NCBI GenBank assembly: GCA_964016885.1
Contig: CAXHJY010000636.1
Span: 40,819-104,818, forward strand
Reading direction: 5' to 3'
From: Eledone cirrhosa
Taxonomy: Eukaryota
DNA: 64,000 bases
In this document: positions 58,318 through 64,000 of the stretch, piece by piece
Position numbering within the stretch: position 1 is the stretch's first letter
Layout of the letters: every line of letters begins with the position of its first letter
Made by a program: the position numbers and the translations under genes
The notes under the pieces: model-generated
Database searches by the model: none
Told to the model about the DNA's origin: nothing
The model's input: the letters and a program-made list of their open reading frames with translations, nothing else

Positions 58318-58488
58318 ATGTGTGTGTGTGTGTATGTATATGGATATATATACGTATGCATGGGTGTTTCACTGTGTGACATATAAGGGCAGAAATAGAT
58401 AGATAGAATGAAAGATAGATAGATAGAAAGGGAGAAGGACGAATTGATAGATATAGCAACAGAGAGAGGAGGGGAGACAGTGAAAGGC

Positions 58489-58563
<75 letters not shown>

Positions 58564-58641
58564 TGAATATATAGATAGACTGACAGAGAGAGAGAGACAA
58601 TGGGAGAATGAGACTGAGAGAGAGAGTAAGAGAGAGAGAGG

Positions 58642-58700
<59 letters not shown>

Positions 58701-58979
58701 TGTGTAAGAAAGACAGACGAATACATAGATAGGCAGACAGACAGACAGAGGGACAAAAACATGTAAAACCATTCCTGATGAACCAGAACGAAACGCCATA
58801 AATAAGAAAAGGCGGGCTTTATAGGGATGATGGAATAGTCAAAGAGGTAAGGTAAGAAGGAGGAGCTTGGGCAGGAGTATGTGTGTGTATAGCATGTGTG
58901 TGTATGTGTGTGTCTGTGATGTCAGTCTCTGTGTGGGTGTGTGGGTGTGTGTGTGAGTGTGTATGTTAGCGAGCTCATG

Positions 58980-59779
58980 TATGTGTGAGTATAGTATGTG
59001 TAGATGTGAGTGTGTTTGTGTAGATGTGAGTGCGTTTGTGTCTGTGTGATGTCAATCTGTGTGTGTGTGTGTGTGTGTGTGTGCATGTGTGTGTGTGTGT
59101 GTGTGTGTAGATATGTGTGTATGTGTAGATATGCGTGTATGTGTGTTCGTGTACGTCTGTGAGTATAGTATGTGTAGATGTGAGTGTGTTTGTGTCTGTG
59201 TGATGTCAATCTGTGTGTGTGTGTGTGCATGTGTGTGTGTGTTTGTGTGTGTAGATATGTGTGTATGTGTAGATATGTGTGTATGTGTGTTCGTGTACGT
59301 CTGTGAGTATAGTATGTGTAGATGTGAGTGTGTTTGTGTCTGTGTGGTGTCAATCTGTGCATGTGTGTGTGTGGTTGTGTGTGTGTGTGTAGATATGTGT
59401 GTATGTGTAGATATGTGTGTATGTGTGTTCGTGTACGTCTCTGAGTATAGTATGTGTAGATGTGAGTGTGTTTGTGTCTGTGTGATGTCAATCTGTGTGT
59501 GTGTGTGCATGTGTGTGTGTGTTTATGTGTGTATGTGTAGATATGTGTGTATGTGTGTTCGTGTACGTCTCTGAGTATAGTATGTGTAGATGTGAGTGTG
59601 TTTGTGTCTGTGTGATGTCAATCTGTGTGTGTGTGTGCATGTGTGCATGTGTGTGTAGATATGTGTGTATGTGTAGATATGTGTGTATGTGTGTTCGTGT
59701 ACGTCTGTGAGTATAGTATGTGTAAATATGTGTGTCTGTGTGTGTGTGTTCGTGTATATCTGTGTATAGTATGTGTGGA

Positions 59780-59816
<37 letters not shown>

Positions 59817-60154
59817 CGTATGCATATATGTGTATATATATGTGTATATATATATGTATATGTGAATGTGTGTGTGTGTGTGTCTGTGAGTATAGTATGA
59901 ATATGAGCGGATGTGGATGTATGTGTGCATTTATGCGTGTGTGCGTATCTGTGTATATACATATGTGTGTGTGTATATATACATGCCTGTAGATATGTTT
60001 CTGTGAGTGTGTGTATATATACATGTCTGTATATATATATGTGTGTGAGTGTGTATACATACATGCCTGTATATATGTTTCTGTGAGCGTGTATATATAT
60101 ATATATACATGCCTGTATATATGGTTCGTGAGTGTATATATATATATATACATG

Positions 60155-60241
<87 letters not shown>

Positions 60242-60732
60242 GTCTGTGTATATACATGTGTGTGAGTGTATATATACAAACCTGTATATATGTTTCTGTG
60301 AGTGTGTATATATATCCATGTCTTTATATATATGTGTGTGAGTGTGTATACATATATGTATATATGTTTCTGTGAGCGTGTATATATATATATACATGCC
60401 TGTATATATGGTTCGTGAGTGTATATATATATATATATATACATGTCTGTATATATATATATATACATGTCTGTGTATATACATGTGTGTGAGTGTATAT
60501 ATACAAACCTGTATATATATGTTTCTGTGAGTGTGTATATATATACATGCCTGTATATATATATGTGTGTGAGTGTGTATACATACATGCCTGTATATAA
60601 AATATATGTTTCTGTGAGCGTGTATATATATATACATGCCTGTATATATGGTTCGTGAGTGTATATATCTATCTATACACTATATATATATATACACTCA
60701 CACACATGTATATACACAGACATGTCTGTATA

Positions 60733-60773
<41 letters not shown>

Positions 60774-60925
60774 GCCTGTGTATATACATGTGTGTGAGTG
60801 TATATATACAAACCTGTATATATATGTTTCTGTGAGTGTGTGTATATATACATATATACATGCCTGTGTATATATATGTGTGTGTGAGTGTGTATACATA
60901 CATGCCTGTATATATGTGTGTGAGT
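58980..60925. repeat. Two GT/TA-rich compound tandem arrays
   Basis: An about 125-bp unit (gttcgtgtacgtctgtgagtatagtatgtgtagatg...gatgtcaatctg) runs to about 59720, followed by acatgcctgtata/tgtttctgtgag modules. Confidence 0.88.
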
Positions 60926-61688
60926 GCGTGTGTTGCGCCAATGTGTGGATGTTTGGATGATGGTGCGGAAGTGTGTGTATGGTGGAAGGAGGAAGGCGGG
61001 CGGGGGGAAGAGGAAGAGGCGGTGGTGGTGGTGGTGGTGGTGGTGGGGTTGTGGTGGTGGGGGGGGGGGGGGGGTGTTGAGTGTACCGTCACGGCCCAGT
61101 GAATCCATCTTGTCATACAAGCGTGACGTTCTGCGCTGGGGTATCTGATGTCACACGATGTATGTGATTGATGCAATTACATGGTGGTGGTGGTGGTGGC
61201 GGTGGCGGTGGGTTGGTGGTGGTGGTGGTGGTGGTTGTATGGTTGTGTGGTGGTGGTATGGTTGTGTGGTGGTGGTGGTTGGGTGGTGGTGGTAGTGGTG
61301 TAGTGGTGGTATGGTTGATGGTGGTGGTGGTAGTGGTGTAGTGGTGGTATGGTTGATGGTGGTGGTGGTGGTGGTGGTGTGGTGGTGATGGTGGTGGTGG
61401 TGGTATGGTTGTGTGGTGGTGGTAGTGGTGTAGTGGTGGTATGATTGATGGTGGTGGTGATGGTGCTGGCGGTGGTGGTGGTGATGGTGGTACTATGGTT
61501 GTGTGGTGGCGGTGGTGTGGTGGTGGTGGTGGTATGGTTGGGTGGTGGTGAGGTGTTAGTGGTGGTGTGGTTGTAGTGGTGGGGTGATGGTGGTGGTGTG
61601 GTGATGGGGGTGGGGTGATGATGGTGGTGGGGTGGTTTTTGGTGTAGAATGAATGATTGACTATGCCTGATATGTGTTTGGTTTGGTG

Positions 61689-61747
<59 letters not shown>

Positions 61748-61867
61748 CTTACTCATGTATATATGTATGTGTGTGTATATATATATATACGTATATATAT
61801 ATATATACGTATATAAATATATATATATATATATACACACATCTGTGTGTATATATTATATCCATCC

Positions 61868-61936
61868 CAAAGTTAACCTCAGCGGGATTTGAACTCAAAC
61901 CGTAAAGGGCCGTAACTCTACCGATATGTCAATCCA

Positions 61937-61970
<34 letters not shown>

Positions 61971-62157
61971 GTTTCTGATATAAGCACAAGGCCAGCAATT
62001 TTGGGTGAGGGGAAAGTCAATTAAATCGACCCCAGTGTATTACTGGTACTTTATTTTATCGACCCCGTAAGGATGAAAGGCAAAGTTAACCTCGGCGGGA
62101 TTTGAACTCAGAACGTAAAAGGCCATAACTCTGTGCCGCAAAGCATTGCGTCCGGTT
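61868..62157 (-). mobile_element. Two adjacent SINE copies (partial 61868-61938; long form 61970-62157 with (AAT)n tail)
   Basis: B boxes gatttgaactc, core atcgaccccgtaaggatgaaaggcaaag and tail gcacaaggccagcaatttt. Confidence 0.88.
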
Positions 62158-62187
62158 ACATTTATTGGCCACAATTACAGACATGGA

Positions 62188-62856
62188 GGAGAGAAGGAGA
62201 AGAAGAAGAAGAAGAAGAAGAAGAAGAAGAAGAAGAAGAAGAAGAAGAAGGTAAAGAAGAAGAAGAAGAAGAAGAAGAAGAAGAAGAAGAAAAAGAAGAA
62301 GAAGGTAAAGAAGAAGGAGAAGAAGAAGAATAAGAAGAAGAAGGTAAAGAAGAAGGAGAAGAAGAAGGCAAAGAAGAAGAAGGCAAAGAAGAAGGCAAAG
62401 AAGAAGAAGAAGAAGAAGAAGAAGGCAAAGAAGAAGAAGAAGAAGAAGAAGAAGAAGAAGAAGAAGAAGAAGAAGAAGAAGGCAAAGAAGAAGAAGAAGA
62501 AGAAGAAGAAGAAGAAGAAGAAGAAGAAGAAGAAGAAGAAGAAGAAGAAGAAGAAGAAAAGGAAGAAGAAGAAGGCAAAGAAGGCAAAGAAGAAGAAGAA
62601 GAAGAAGAAGAAGAAGAAGAAGAAGAAGAAGAAAAGGAAGAAGAAGAAGGCAAAGAAGAAAAAGAAGAAGAAGAAGAAGGCGAAGAAGAAGAAGAAGAAG
62701 AAGAAGAAGAAGAAGAAGAAGAAGAAGGCGAAGAAGAAGGCAAAGAAGAAGAAGAGAAGAAGAAGAAGAAGAAGAAGAAGAAGGCAAAGAAGAAGAAGAA
62801 GAAGAAGAAGAAGAAGAAGAAGAAGAAGAAGAAGAAGAAGAAGAAGAAGAAGAAAC
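62188..62856. repeat. (GAA)n tract with ggcaaa/ggtaaa interruptions
   Basis: Direct reading. Confidence 0.95.
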
Positions 62857-63092
62857 AGAGACGAAGACGGAGAAGGAGGAAGTGGAGGAGGTGGAGGACA
62901 ACGACTGTAAAGAAAGAATTTTGTTTGTCCATGACAAAACGAACGGAAAAATGGCGGAAATATTTGTGAGAGATGCAAGAATGGAGATGATGATATCTGT
63001 TGTGGTATGGGAGAGTGGGGGAGGATAGAGAGAGAGAGAGGGGGAGACACACACACACACACAAATATATATATATATATATATATATTTGG

Positions 63093-63126
<34 letters not shown>

Positions 63127-63226
63127 CGAGAGAGAGTGAGAGGGAGAGAGAGACACAGACACAGACACACACACACACACGCACACAAATATATATATAT
63201 GGATATATATATATATATATATACCG

Positions 63227-63319
<93 letters not shown>

Positions 63320-63376
63320 GGATGGATAGAGAGAGAGAGCGAGAGAGAGCGAGAGAGAGAGAGAACGAGAGAGAGA

Positions 63377-63420
<44 letters not shown>

Positions 63421-63490
63421 TGTCTGTCACTGTTGTGTGTGTGTAGGGGGCTTTAGTGTGTGTGTGTGTGTGAAAGAGAACGAGGTAGCT

Positions 63491-63525
<35 letters not shown>

Positions 63526-63809
63526 GAGAGAGCAAGCATGAGGGAGAGAGAGGGGGGTGCGGGGGAGGAAGCGTTGCCTTGTAATGTGGTGATGAATGAA
63601 TGTTTGCGTTGTCACATCGTTGTTTGTGTCGATGTTGTTGTTGTTGATGTTGTGTTGTGTTGTGTTGACATGGAGGGGGTGGTGGGGTGTAGAGGGGGGA
63701 GATGTGTGGTATGATGATGTAGGAGGTGAGATACGGGAGATGAAGAACGGCGAAAGAGAAGAGAGAAGATAGCTAAGACAGAAGTTAGATGAGAGAAAGA
63801 ATATCACAA

Positions 63810-64000
63810 GAGAGGAGAGAGATGTGAGAAGACAGAAGAGGAAAAGAAGATCACAAGATAGGAGAGAGATGTGAGAAGATAGGTGAGAGATGTGAGAAGA
63901 TAGGAGAGAGATGCTAGAAGACTGGAGAGAGGCGATGACAAGATAGGGGAGAGATGTGAGAAGATAGGAGAGAGATGCTAGAAGACTGGAGAGAGGCGAT
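63810..64000. repeat. Purine-rich tandem repeat (64-bp unit) running off the window end
   Basis: taggagagagatgctagaagactggagagaggcgat at 63901 and 63965. Confidence 0.8.

Noticed and set aside
58775-58800. ctgatgaaccagaacgaaacg; also ctgatga at 16265 and tcgtcag near 32740
   Set aside because: No stem II or stem I pairing, or no GAAA at a suitable distance.

Overview
A 64-kb non-coding eukaryotic window, intergenic or intronic. It is probably from an octopod cephalopod, inferred from my recollection of the SINE sequences. It is dominated by (TA)n/(CA)n/(GA)n/(GGT)n/(GAA)n microsatellites, and nearly all supplied ORFs are translations of these repeats. I can support no protein-coding gene. 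The non-microsatellite islands contain four things. (1) About a dozen tRNA-derived SINE copies, several with target-site duplications and two that have spawned minisatellites. (2) Several tandem arrays with 31, 45, 48/60/123, 64, 70, 85, 106 and 124 bp units. (3) Small MITE-like elements. (4) Most notably, about 20 type-I hammerhead ribozyme (HHR) motifs, read by eye as CUGANGA-stem II-GAAA-stem III-NUH-stem I. They belong to at least 8 sequence-unrelated families of short non-coding elements embedded in (TA)n. Several families share one architecture: (TA)n, short inverted arm, fold-back centre, long arm with the HHR, unpaired tail of about 60-130 bp, (TA)n. This resembles non-autonomous Penelope-like (PLE) or retrozyme elements. 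One family carries a compensated U3-A8 core (UUGAAAA). Another has replaced its CUGANGA strand with the reverse complement of the GAAA half in every fold-back copy. All structures were paired by hand, and no folding or database search was run.
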